64,000 nucleotides of DNA from positions 88,724,001 through 88,788,000 of the forward strand of contig CM052817.1 of NCBI GenBank assembly GCA_028534125.1. Reading direction: 5' to 3'. Positions 52,050 to 64,000 of this stretch are shown one piece after another. Position numbers and translations under genes: made by a program. The stretch's first letter is position 1, and the number at the start of each line of letters is the position of its first letter. Source of the DNA: Lama glama (lineage: Eukaryota). The notes below the pieces were generated by a model. That model ran no database searches. It was given only the letters and a program-made list of their open reading frames with translations, and was not told the origin of the DNA.

Positions 52050-52702
52050 TGCTATAGTCTGAGTGTTTAGGTCCACCCAAAATGCATTTGTTGACATCCT
52101 AGTGTCCAATGTGATGATATTAAGAGGTAAGGCATTTAGAAGGTACTTAGGTCATGAAGGTAGAGCCCTTATGAATGGGATTAGTCTCCCTATAAAAGAA
52201 GCCCAGAGAGCTTGCTAACCTCTTTTCACCATGTGAGGACACAGGAAGAAGGTACCGAGTATGAACAAGGAAGAGGGTCCTCAGCAGAATATGACCATGC
52301 TGGAGCCTTGGTTTTGGAATTCCTAGCCTCCAGAACTGTGAGAAATACATTTCTGTTTATAACCTACCCAGTCTGTGTATTTTATTTTAGCAGCCCAGAA
52401 CATGACAGAAAACTGGCACTGAAAAGTAGGGATGCTATAACAAAGATCTAAAACAGGGAAAACAGCTTTGGAAATGGGTAAGTGACAGAGAATGGGAGAA
52501 TTTTGACATGCATACTAGAAAAAGCCTACACTGTCATGAATGGACTGTGAAAGGTGATTCTCATGAGGGCCGAGAAGAAGAGGGAGAGAGCTATAGAGAA
52601 AGCCTTATGCTTCTTGGAGAATACCTAAGTGATCCTGAACAGAATGTCAGTAAAAATATGGACCGTAAAGGTCCTTCTGATAAGGTCTCAGGTGGAAATG
52701 GA
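52050..52702 (+). mobile_element. MLT1A-type MaLR 5' LTR (52050-52407) with the start of its internal sequence (52408-52702)
   Basis: LTR tgctatag...atgaatgggattag...cctagcctccagaactgtgagaaatacatttctg...gaca, followed by gaaaactggcactgaaaagtaggg...gctttggaaatgggtaa...ggtctcaggtggaaatg, typical of MaLR internal sequence. Confidence 0.85.
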
Positions 52703-54812
52703 ATACTATGCAAAAGTGAAAAAACCAAATCTCTGCTGTACCCCATATCAGACCATTATTAGTTCACCTAATTACTTTACACCTGAATTAGTTTAGATTT
52801 TATATTTTTACTGATCCCAACTTGATAATTTTAGCAATGTAAGGAAAGCATTTTATTCTATGATGATAAACTTTGTTCACTCTTACCTGAAAATTCCACA
52901 AAATGAAATTTCTTTTAGCTTCTAAATAGAAATCATTACTAATGCCAGTAAGTAGGTGGCTTTGCAGAAGGACAGATATGACAATCCCTAACAGCAGCTT
53001 TTGAGAACACCACACTGTTTTTCTCTGTTGATCTGATAATCTGTTAAATAAGTAATATTGAATTATTGAAACAAGATCATATGGGAACTATTATTTTCAC
53101 ATATATTGGAAGTTTTTAGAACATTTCTCTGTAACTCTCTTTTTGTCTGTCTGCCTCTGCAGTATATGACAAGTTTTGGAAGTAATCATGCTACCTTAAA
53201 GTAAAAAGAATGCTTTCCTATCTTCTCTTATGATTTGGAACTGTAAAATTTGACTACAAGATTCATCTGTACATTAAAAATATTAAAGACTCTCTTCGAA
53301 TCATTAAAATCACTGATTTCTTAAACTTTTTTGAGGAGAAATCAGCCGATTGATTATTTTCAATTTTTCTTACAGTTATTTTTATATTTTAGGTTTGTGA
53401 TCTCAGAGAAATTTTAGCCTTTTTAGAGATAGTTCTAGGATTTATTTTATTTTTGCTATTTTACTATAATTTATTATGATATTCTGTGCTATGTTATTAT
53501 TTATATTTTTGTTACAATTACTTTGTTACTCTAAAAAAATCACCTCGAGTTTCACACTTAGTCTCTTTTTAGATTATAAAATTATTCTTTTTTGAGTAAA
53601 ACTCTTGAGTAAAACTTTGGCATTTTCCTTCAAAGAATAATGCCTTGATTGTTTTTGTACAAATGATAAATGCTTAAAATTAAAAAAGTGATAATAAGTA
53701 AAATAATAAGTAAATAATGACAATAGCAATATAAATAAATGAGTAACAGTGAGAAGTATAAAAGGAAAATAAATAAATCCTTTCTATCTGTTCAGGAGAC
53801 AATATTCATGAATATTGCTTACATTATTATTCTTGAGTGTGGAATATATGTATATATTTACTAAGTATCTTTTTCAGGAATTTAATAGAAAAGAAAAACT
53901 AAAACTAAATGACTATTAAACTGCAAAGATATATCAATAGATAGATATATTGATAGATTGGTAGATAGATATAGATGTAGTTATAACTGGATAATTAAAA
54001 TGACAATAAAATTTTAAAACACTATTTGATGGAAACATTTGAATACCAGAGTCATTATGCATTATTTTCAACTTTATATACAAATGTGACCTCTTCAATA
54101 TGAAATATAAGTCATTGTGTATATTTTAGCCTTATCGAGTTTTTCTTTACCCTTAAAATTAAAAATAAAATTGTCAGTAAATAGCTAGCACTGCTTGTGT
54201 GTGTGTAAGTGGTGGTGAGGAGGGTATACTGGATAGGATTCACCTTTTTCCGTTGCTTGTCTTGTAATTGAAAGACTCATTTTGTAAGTTTGTGTCGGTT
54301 TTCAAATCATTACTTTTTTTTTTTTAATTTTACTTTGAGAATTACTCTCCTCTATCTACACTGTGGTTTCTTTCTGGAGTTTGTCTTATATAGTTATTGG
54401 CTCTTCTGGATGTACTCTTTGCTTCTCATCATTTTGTTCATCCTGTTAATATTCTTTTTATTTATATAGGAGAATTTATCAGCTGTGCATTTAATAAACT
54501 TATTTAGTTTCCCACTGTATTAAATCTACAAGTCACTATTTTATTTGATAATCTTGCTTTATGTATTAAATTGATTTCCCCTGTACTCATTAATGAGTGG
54601 TATTCTCACAGGTGCACTCATTAGTCTCTTGTGACAGCAAGAGTCCACATTACTCAGATTGCTGTCCTCCCCACCTTAGTGTGAGTTACTACTATAACCT
54701 CTTGCTCTGTATGTTAGCAACTTCATGCTTCCCGAAGTTGTCTCTGCATTTCCTATTTGTCCTGAAATAGCTGTCATGATGTCCACTTTGCCTTTAGTCT
54801 ACATTTGGAGCT

Positions 54813-55200
54813 TGTAATAAGATTCTTGAGAGAAGCAGAACCAATTGGATGTGTATCTAAAGAGAGACTTATTTTAAGGAATTGGTTTATGCAATTATGG
54901 AGGAAAAGTTCCAAATTTGTAGGATAGGCTGTCAGGCTGAAATTCAGGGAAGAGCCAGTGCTGCAATTCATTCTGAAGGCTGTCTGTTGGCAGAATTCCC
55001 TCTTGCTTGGAGAAGGTCAGTCTTTTGTTCTATGTAGGTCTTCAACTGACTGGGTGATATCCACTCACACTCTAGAGGGTTATCTCCTTTTCTCAAAGTC
55101 TCATGCAAAAACCACCTCAGAGAAACATCCAGAATGACATTTGGCCAAAAATCTAAATACCATGGCCCAGCCAAGTCAATACATAAAATTAACCATTACA
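54813..55200 (-). mobile_element. MLT2 (ERVL) solo LTR
   Basis: gagaagcagaaccaattggatgtgt...gcagaattccctctt...ggcccagccaagtcaatacataaaattaaccattaca, with 5-bp TSD gagct/gagat. Confidence 0.85.
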
Positions 55201-56009
55201 GAGATTTAGGGCATTTTGAATTTTTTTGTGAAAATTTTTGTATATCTTCTTCTTAAGAATGACTCTCTATGTAAACTTAAATTGTACATCCTGGTCTTTA
55301 CTTTCTTAAACCATATTGCTTACAAATTGTTCACATTTAATTGAACAGTTCAATTCTGAATGCTTAGAACTTACACCTACTTAATTAGCAAGAATCTTCT
55401 TTCTTGGGTGCTGCTGTTCAGTTGTTCCCTCTAGGAATCTGTGGTTCTTATCATCATGGAGAGGGAGCTTCTCACAAATGCTCATAGTAACTGCAGTCCA
55501 GACCTGGGGGCCACTCTTATCATAGACCCATTTAAGATCACAGTGGTTCTGTTAATCACAGGTGGTCAATGGACTTGCTGTATCAGCCTCTTCCATCTGT
55601 TTTTTAACTTCCAATCAAAAGTAAACTTTTCCCTTTACCTTTAATAGAGAAAATCCATCTCCTTTGTGTGACAAGACTTTCCACAGGTATTTTCACCACA
55701 GAATAATTGGGACCATGGTGACAGAGTTCTTGAATTTATAATATCACAGAGCTTGGGGTTGTAGTGTACAGAGACAGAGCCATCAGATGCACCTTCCCAC
55801 TGGACTCAGGTACTAACCTCTCAGACACAAGTCCTTATAGTTCTATCTGAACCTCTCTAACATCTACCATCATCATTTTTTACCTTCAGGACCCTCAGAA
55901 AGTACCTGTCCTTTATGTATGTCTGTAAATGTCAGACTCAGGGCTCCTGGGCCTCCTTCAAAATAAGGGAGGCAGTTGAGAAGTGATTTCTCCAAGCATT
56001 TCATGAAAA

Positions 56010-58085
56010 TTTCAGAAAGGGCAATAAATAAATAAAAGACATCCAAATTGCAAAGAAAGTAAAATTATCTCTTTTTACAGATGATATGATTTTATACATA
56101 AAAAATGCCTAAAGATTACACACAGAGAGACACAATTGTTAAACCTTGTAAATATATTCAACAGGTTTTAGAACACAAAATCAGCACATTCATTCACATT
56201 TCTATACAAACAATGAAAACTGCAAAAAAAAAAAAAAAGAAGAGAGAGAGAAAACAATCTGTCTTACAAAAACATAAAAAAAACCTACTTGGGAAAAATT
56301 AATCAAGGAAGTAAACAACTTGTGCACTGAAAACTACAGAACACTGATGAAAGTCATTAAATGGAAATAAGGAATAAATGGAAAGGCATTCCATGTCCAT
56401 AAACTAGAGGACTTAATATTTTTAAGATGTCAATATTACCCAAAACAATTTACAGATTCAATGTAATCTCTATCAAAACCCAGTGATATTCTTTGCAGAT
56501 GTAGAAAAACCTATGCTAAAATTTATATGGAATCTGAAGAGACCTCAAATAGCCAAAATAACTTTGAAGAGGATGAACAAAGTTCATGAAATCAATCACA
56601 CTTCTTGATTTCAAAACCTATACAAAGCTACAGTAATTGCAACAGTGTTGGACTGGCATAAAGACAAACTTAAAAGATGAATGGCATGGAATAAAATGGA
56701 ATAGAGAACTCAGTACTAAATCTTCACACATATGATTAAATGATTTTTGACAAGGGCGGCAAGATAACTCAAAAAGGAAAGGGTAGTCAAAAGTTGCTAG
56801 GAGAAATGGGTATCATTATTGAAAAAATAAAGTTGGACACTTACTTTACACCATATTCAAAAAATAATTAAAAAGGGATTAAATTCCTAAATGTAAAAGC
56901 TAAGACTATGAAATGCTTAGAAGAAAGCAAAGGGAAAAGCTTCATGGTATTGAATTTGTCAATGATTTCTTGGATATGACACCAACAGTACAGTTAAAAA
57001 AAGAAAAAACTGTAAATTTTACTACAACAAAATTAAAAAGTTTTGTTCATGAAAGGATGCTATTCAGAAACTGAAAAAGCAACCCACAGAATGGAAGTAT
57101 TATTTGCAAGTCATATATATCATAAGGAATTAAACTCCAAAATGTAAAAACAAAACAAAACAAAACAAAAAAACTCCTAAAACTCAGCAAACACAAACAA
57201 CAACAAAAATTCCATTAAAATGGGAAAAGGATTTGAATAAACATTTCTTCAAATAAGATACACAAATTGCTAATAAGCACAATGATAACTGCACTTATAG
57301 CATGTAAATATTGCTTAATGCACATGTAACAACATTCAAGATCACAAATCATTAGATGAATGCAGTTAAAAAAAAAAAAGACATAGTAACAAATGTTGAT
57401 GAGGATGCGGAGAAATTAGAACCCTTGTGCATTACTGGTGGGAATGCAAAATGGTACAGCCACTGTGGAAAACGTATGATGGTTCTTCATAAAAATTAAG
57501 CATAGAATTAACATGAGAGCCAAAAATTCCACTTTTCATTATATACCAGAAAGAACTAAAAGCAGGGACATGAACAGACTTTTGTATATCTATATTCATA
57601 GCAGGATTATTAACAAAATTCAAAGGCAGAAACAACCCAAATGTCCAGTGATGGATGACTGGATTAACAACATGGAGTATATACATAGAATAGAATATTA
57701 TTCAGCCTTAAAAAGCAATGAAATTCTGATACACACTACAACATAGATGAACCTTAATGATCTTGTGCTAAGCAAAATAAGCCAGACTGAAAGGACAAAT
57801 ATTGTATGACATGACTTATATGAGGTACTTGGAATAGGCCAAATTCACAGGCACAGAAAGTAGAGTAGTTGTTACCACAGGCTGCAGAGAGGGGGAAATA
57901 GGGCATGACTGTTAAATAGACACAGAGTTTCTGTGATGATGACAATGTTCTGACAAAAAATGTTCTGGAGGTGGATAGGGGTGATGGTTACACCACATTA
58001 TGAATGTACTCAATGCCACAGATCTGTACACTTATAAATGGTTAAAATGGGGAATACATATTTTTTACCAGTAAAAATGAAAAAA
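56010..58085 (+). mobile_element. Old L1 (L1MB-like) ORF2 3' half and 3'UTR
   Basis: RT motif relic LFTDDMILYI (FADD-like) at 56071-56100, and L1MB-type 3'UTR gttctggaggtggatagg...aatggttaaaatgg. Confidence 0.9.
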
Positions 58086-58229
58086 TAGCAGTATGTCTTT
58101 TTCTACTCTTCCTTTACTTCATAAATTAAACTCTTAACCAGAATGAGAGATAATATAAGAATTGTAACCTGAATAATTCATTGACTGCTAGTTTTCCATT
58201 CTGTAAATTAGAAAAGTGTATTTTTTATA

Positions 58230-58525
58230 TCCAAATTATGTCCCTCTCACCACTACCGTTCCCTTATCATTCCTGACCCTCCTTATCCAGTTTTATGCTT
58301 TTCCAAAGCTTATACCTTCTAAAATACCCTGCAAAGTATTCATTGCATTGTACATTTTTCTTCATTAAGCTCCACAAAAGCTAGTTTGTTTGTTTGTTTG
58401 TATATTTTGTTCATAGCTTTATTATTAGATTTTAATAGTGTCTTCCCTCTCAACAGCACTTAGAACAGTCAGTACCTGGTACAAAGTAAGCACTCAATAA
58501 ACATTTGATAAATTAATAAATTAAT
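58230..58525 (+). mobile_element. L2 3' end
   Basis: cagcacttagaacag...cctggtacaaagtaagcactcaataaacatttgataaattaat. Confidence 0.65.
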
Positions 58526-59779
58526 GGATTTACCTGAGATCTTAGAGACTGTAGTGTTTGGAAATAATACTTCAATGTCACCCTATCTAAGCTCCACTGA
58601 TGACAGGCTGAGTGTCCATGACCAAGTTAGTTGATATCACCAAGCCTCAGTCCCTCCATTTGGTAGAATTCTAAAGAGACTAAAATGTGATACACATTTT
58701 AAGAATTCTGGCCAGTATCTAATGCATATTGAATTTTCTTTAAGAGGTAGCTATTCTTACTTTTGGCTATACATTGCAAATACACCCTCTATTAGAAAGA
58801 AGTATTAATAAAAACTAAAAATAAAATAAAAGTTTTTAGAGCAAGATGGCAAAATAGAAGGATGCTTGTAGCTCACCCTCTCCCACAAATACACCAAAAC
58901 TCACATCTACGGCCCCACTCAGCCAACCAGAGCACCTGCCAAACTCCGACAGAACATCGCCCTCTTCGAAAGACAAAGACACCAGAACTCTGGTAGGAGA
59001 AAAGGAAAAAAGAAAGAAGAAAAAGCAAAACAGTGCGGGACTGGTCCCACAGGGAGGGAGCTGCAAAGGAGGACTGGCGCTCATTTGCTGGGTCTCCCCC
59101 CTCCAACAGAGAGGCCAGCGGGACGGAGAGGGAGCCTCCGAGGCTCAGATCTGCCCTGAGCACCCGTTGACCAACAGAACCGAGTTAAATGGGCACAAAG
59201 GGTCCCCGTGACACCCAGCCCGAGATGTGAGCTGGCAGCTGGGGCTGGGACAGGCTGCCTGAACCTGGTGGAGGATTGGGGCAGCTGCACTGAGGCAGCC
59301 CTGGGGGACTTGAGGGTGCTGCACGCCGTGGCTGGGAGGGGATATGGAGCCGAACAACCTTGATCCCCCATGTATTGCAAAAAAAAGCAAAGCAACATGG
59401 CTGGTGTGCCCAGGGCAGAGGGGCGGTGTAGCCTTTGTCTCCTCAGACCTGTGCCGCCATTACTGGCGCTTCTCCCATGAAGAGAGGCAGGGCGCAGCCA
59501 CAGCCACCATCTCCTGTGCACAGCGCCTGGGCAGGGGCGGGGCCAAGCCCTGAATCCATACCCTGGGGCTCCGCAACCTCCTAGGCAGGACTGAGACTTG
59601 TTTACAGCCCAAGGCAGATAGGATCTTTCTGCTCTGGCAACTCAGAGAACTCGCGCTGGCCAGGCCAAGACAAACAAACAGCTGAAATTTGGCACAGAGC
59701 AGGGGCGGGGCCGTTCTGCGGTCTTCCCCGAGCCCACCTTCGGAGCTCTTACCTGAGGCGGAGCGGGCAGCTGCACAGA

Positions 59780-59990
59780 GCAGTGGAGCGACCGGCGCCG
59801 AGAGAGGGTGGCGGCCCCCCACCTTCCTGGCAGGAACGCAGCACCTGACCACGGTGCTGGGAGGGGGCACAATCCGCCTACCTGCCTCACCGGAGCGCAG
59901 CATCTGACTGTGGCATCAGGAGGGGGAGTGACCCGCCCACCCACCGGGTAAGAGCTCAGCACCTGACCCAGTGTTAGGAGAGGGCGCGAA
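59780..59990 (+). repeat. Imperfect tandem repeats of about 60 bp in the L1 5'UTR
   Basis: Recurrent cagca(c/t)ctgac...ggag(g/a)ggg...ccgcc units near 59840, 59898 and 59957. Confidence 0.6.
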
Positions 59991-60175
59991 CTGCTAGCTG
60001 ACAGGCCCTGGGAGCAGCACAGATGAGGGCGCCAACAGAGGGCCTCTGAAAATAGCAAGCTGAGTTCACGAAACAGAGCAAAGACACAAAGACCTCTCAA
60101 TAAAATCATTAAGAGCACACCATTTCCAGGAGAACTAGATAACTGATATTCCTTAAGCCACAATGCCAGAGAGAT

Positions 60176-61072
60176 ATGAGCAATACGAAAAAGCAGAGGA
60201 ACCACTCCCAACTAAAAGATCAAGAGAAATCCTCTGAAAGAACGATCAATGAAATAGACATTGATAGCCTACTAGTTCAAGATTTCAAAAAAGGAGTGAT
60301 CAAAGTATTGAAGGAACTAAAAGAGATAGTGTTTAGAGACATAAAATATGTCAAAAATGAAATAGAAGCTATAAAGAAGAACCAAGTAGAATTAGTAAAC
60401 TCATTTGCTGAGATGAGAGCTGACCTAAAGGCTGTACAAAACAGGCTAGATAATGCAGAGGAACAAATAAGGGACTTAGAAGACAAGACAACAGAAAGCA
60501 CCCAATCAGAACAGCTGAGAGAAAAACAAATAAAAAACAATGAAAACAATATAAGGGACCTATGGGATAATATAAAGCTTGACAATCTATGCATAATTGG
60601 GGTTCCAGAAGGGGAAGAAAGAACAAAGGGGATTGAAAAGGTATTTGAAGACATCATGACTGAAAACGTCCCAAACCTAAAGGAATCAGATATCCAAGTA
60701 CAGGAGGCTCAGAGGGTCCCAAACAGGAAGAACCCAAACAGACACACACCAAGACATCATCATCAAGATGGCCAGAGTCAAGAATAAAGAAATGATCCTC
60801 AAGGCAGCAAGAGAAAAACAAAGAGTGAGTTACAAGGGAACCCCCATAAGGCTCTCAGCTAATTTCTCTACACAAACACTACAGGGCAGAAGGGAGTGGC
60901 AAGATATATTCAAAGTCCTGAAAGAAAAAAAGATGCAGCCTAGGATACTCTATCCAGGAAGACTATCCTTTAGAACAAAAGGAGAGATAAAGAACTTCAC
61001 CGGCAAGCAAAAACTAAAAGAGTTTAGCAACATTAAAGCATGCTAAAAGAAATATTAATAGGTCTACTCTAA
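60176..61072 (+). pseudogene. L1 ORF1p (RNA-binding chaperone), frameshifted
   Basis: Coiled coil followed by NLCIIGVPEGEE, IQVQEAQRVP, ILKAAREKQRVSYKGTPIRLSANFSTQTLQGRREWQDIFKVLKEK and QPRILYPGRLSF. Frameshifts near 60755 and 61040; the natural end MLKEILIGLL* has TAA at 61070-61072. Confidence 0.92.
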
Positions 61073-61403
61073 ATAGAAAAGAAGCAGGATGCTACAAAAA
61101 TGAGAAACTCATAACTGGAAAGGAGATAACTGCCATGAATTACAAAAAGAATAAACACAAAATTGTAAAAGAAGACATCTAAATCACTAAGACTGGGAGA
61201 AGGAAGGAAAGCCACTGTGGAAAACAGTATGGAGATTCCTCAAAAGACTAGGAATAGACTTACCATATGACCCAGGAATCCCACTCCTGGGCATATATCC
61301 AGAAGGAACCCTACTTCAAAATGACACCTGCACCCCAACGTTCATAGCAGCACTATTTACAATAGCCAAGATATGGAAACAGCCTAAATGTCCAACAACA
61401 GAT

Positions 61404-61503
61404 NNNNNNNNNNNNNNNNNNNNNNNNNNNNNNNNNNNNNNNNNNNNNNNNNNNNNNNNNNNNNNNNNNNNNNNNNNNNNNNNNNNNNNNNNNNNNNNNN
61501 NNN
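61404..61503. other. Assembly gap (100 N) flanked by an identical 91-bp overlap
   Basis: 61313-61403 is repeated identically at 61504-61594. Confidence 0.97.
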
Positions 61504-62097
61504 ACTTCAAAATGACACCTGCACCCCAACGTTCATAGCAGCACTATTTACAATAGCCAAGATATGGAAACAGCCTAAATGTCCAACAACAGATGACTGA
61601 ATAAAGATATGGTATATTTATATAACAGAATACTATTCAGCCACAAAACCCGACAACATATCGCCATTTGCAGCAACATGGATGTTCCTGGAGAATGTCA
61701 TTCTAAGTGAAGTAAGCCAGAAAGAGAAAGAAAAATACCATATAAGATTGTTCATATGTGGAATAAAAAAAAAAACCATAAATACAAAACAGAAACATAC
61801 TCATAGACAGAATACTAACTTGTGGTTGCCTAGGGGGCGGGGGGTGGGAAGGGACAGACTGGGATTTTAAAATGCAGAATAGATAAACAAGATTATACTG
61901 TATAGCACAGGGAAATATATACAAGAGCTTGTGGTAGCTCATGGTGAAAAAAATGTGACAATGAATATATATATGTTCATGTATAACTGAAAAATTGTGC
62001 TCTACACTAGAATTTGATACAACATTGTAAAATGACTAGAAGTTTTTATTTTTAAGAGAGTAGGCATTACAGAAAGTATAGCAAGTGTGTGTATATG

Positions 62098-62308
62098 CAG
62101 TTGACCTTTAAACAACATGTGTCTTCACTGTGCAAGTCCACTTATAAGTTGATATGTTTCAATAAATACTACAGTACTACAAGATTAGACGGTTTAATTC
62201 AAGAGTGCAGAATCCTGTATACAGAGGGCCAACTGTAATTTCACTCAGATTTTTCCACTGCATGGAGGGTCAGTCCCCCTAACCCCTGTGCTGTTCAAGC
62301 ATCAACTG
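62098..62308. mobile_element. MER8-like Tigger MITE
   Basis: Terminal inverted repeats cagttgacctttaaacaaca...tgttcaagcatcaactg, with internal acagagggccaactgt and ggagggtcag...cctaacccc. Confidence 0.8.
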
Positions 62309-62625
62309 TGCTTCTTTTTTTTTTTTTTAATGTATGTGAGAGGAAGACTTTCCATCTCCATTTCCCAGTTAGTTTGCGTTCCAAGGACAATAATAACTTT
62401 CATGACACGTAAATCAGGTTGTCCTTCTTCAGTAATTGGAATATCCACAAAATTTTAATAACATTTAATGTGCTAATGTGTCGGTGACTATCCAAAATGA
62501 GGAATATAGTGTAGATATTACAGCTTTAAAGAGTTCTTCCCTTTTTTGTGTGATGCAGCTCATGAAATTGATGTTACATTGAATATCACAACAAACAAAA
62601 ATGCTGTTTAAAATATACAAAATGT

Positions 62626-62745
62626 GGGGAGGGAGATAGCTCATTGGCAGAGTGCCTGCCTAGCATTCATGAGGTCCTGGGATCAATCCCCAATACTTCT
62701 GCCTGGCTTCAAGAAAAAGCAATTAAGGAAAATAAAAGATTAACA
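62626..62745 (+). mobile_element. tRNA-derived SINE, Vic-1-like
   Basis: GGGGAGGGAGATAGCTCATTGGCAGAGTGCCTGCCTAGCA...GAGGTCCTGGGATCAATCCCCA with an A-rich tail. Confidence 0.8.
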
Positions 62746-64000
62746 AATGCATACAAGATTGTCATTTCCATTATTTCTGCTACCTATAAAAATAGTAGTA
62801 TTTAAGGGTAATACACTAGCAAAATATCAAGTTAGTATTGTGACTCTATTGACTACAATTTTAAAGCAATCATCCATGGTATCTTCAGGACGTATCACCA
62901 TCATTTCTCTGTTGCTTTATATCATTGATATTCATCATTAAATATTGATGGATTACTTGTAGCTCTAATTGCCTTGTAAAAGAAATACCTACTTTAAGAA
63001 AAACTTTGGATTTTCTATCTGATCAGATTTTAACCGATGATCATTTTAACTGTTAGAATAAATTCTGAAGATTTTTCTTCTTACATTTGGCCAAACCAGA
63101 AATGGGGCTGTGTGGAAAAAAATGACAGCCTTTTTCTTTACTCCCCACAATAAGAAAGTTAGCATAATAAATATGATGCTGACCTTGAGGGCTTTATTAC
63201 ATTTAAAAAAGTACCAGGAATAAATGTGTAAAGGGCAAGGTGGAAAAGAGAAACACCATTTATCATAAAATTTGTAACTTTTATTTTTATTTTTCTAATA
63301 ATCAAATTTTGAGTTTAAAAAACATCCGTCTAACTAAGATATTTAGAGACTCCATATTTAGATAGAATCTTGAGTGGCTTTTAAGATGAGATTTAAAATT
63401 CAGAAGCAGTTGCCAATGTGGAATAAATTAATGTTCTACAGTGCCTCCACACTTCTACATCATTTTTGATATTAGTCTTCCATACAAAGATATCTTTGCT
63501 GTTGAAAAGTCAGCTCAGATCTATAGGGAATGCTCTCAACCATAGTAGACAATTACAAAGATAGAAATCATTTTTAAGTTTGAATTTGAAACTTCAAAAC
63601 TATGAAAAATATTTTAAATAATATATATTTATGTGATTTATAATTCATTTTCTTCTTGGTATGGGTTTAATACTGTATTTAAAGTTCCCAAGTCTTTTCA
63701 TAAAATGTAACCTTAGATTTTTATTGCCAAGCTTTGATCAAAAACCCCTTTGAGAGAAATTTATGGCCAGTGTATGGAGGGCATCATGAACCATTCTTCT
63801 AATTTATTTATTATACGGGGACCAAGCTGGAATTGCATAAATCTGCAATTTAGATCACATTGTTTTACATGTCTTTCCCTCACACCTTGCCACAAAAGTA
63901 TGGCTTTTCTTGAGTTACGCTTGGAAATTATATCTTTGATTATAGTTATAAACGCTAAACTAAACAATTTTACAAACTTGACTATTCTACCATTTAGGTA

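Larger units (their letters stand above)
58839..62039 (+). mobile_element. Young camelid-type L1 with complete 5'UTR and ORF1 and an internal deletion of nearly all ORF2
   Basis: Starts GAGCAAGATGGC (YY1-like motif), then a GC/CpG-rich 5'UTR to 60175 and ORF1 at 60176-61072. Near 61210 it jumps into the ORF2 C-terminal region (ccactgtggaaaacagtatggagattcc) and 3'UTR. Flanked by aagttttta at 58830-58838 and 62040-62048. Confidence 0.92.

Noticed and set aside
58836..60211. Long antisense ORFs (146, 147 and 189 aa) in the L1 5'UTR, as possible ORF0-like genes
   Set aside because: GC-rich sequence is stop-poor, the longest ORF starts at TTG, and none resembles a known protein. There is no independent support.
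61313..61594. Apparent 91-bp direct repeat around an N-run
   Set aside because: Identical copies either side of exactly 100 N indicate an unmerged contig overlap, not biology.
11005..62039. Plus-strand bias of the long L1s as a sign of lying within a minus-strand gene intron
   Set aside because: LTRs occur in both orientations, several minus-strand L1 fragments exist and no host exon was found.
1725..63967. The many remaining 60-135 aa ORFs in the six-frame track
   Set aside because: They are low-complexity AT-rich translations or fragments of L1/LTR sequence, often with non-ATG starts, and none resembles a cellular protein I recognise.
1..64000. CRISPR arrays, operons or other prokaryotic systems
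   Set aside because: The sequence is mammalian, and there are no regularly spaced repeat-spacer arrays or dense coding regions.

Overview
AT-rich mammalian genomic DNA, most likely camelid (camel, alpaca or llama), because it carries three tRNA-derived SINEs resembling camelid Vic-1 plus artiodactyl-type L1 3' ends. I found no intact protein-coding gene. The window looks intergenic and is dominated by repeats: L1s of several ages, L2, MIR, ERV1/ERVL/MaLR solo LTRs, and hAT and Tigger DNA transposons. The one gene-derived sequence is a disabled, intronless minus-strand copy of the 5' part of ERO1A (ERO1L) at about 8.0-8.8 kb. It stops at what appears to be a splice donor and runs on into intron-like sequence. 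It is unexpectedly CpG-rich and sits beside two back-to-back LTRs. Other notable structures are a clear L1 3' transduction with a perfect 19-bp TSD (30.3-31.0 kb), a young L1 with its 5'UTR and ORF1 but almost no ORF2 (58.8-62.0 kb, containing an assembly gap), a GC-rich orphan block (13.6-14.2 kb) and a microsatellite bounded by a TSD-like repeat. Repeat family names and comparisons with ERO1A come from my memory of consensus and human sequences, not from computed alignments. Boundaries of old repeats are approximate. I see no strong evidence of a new multi-gene system.
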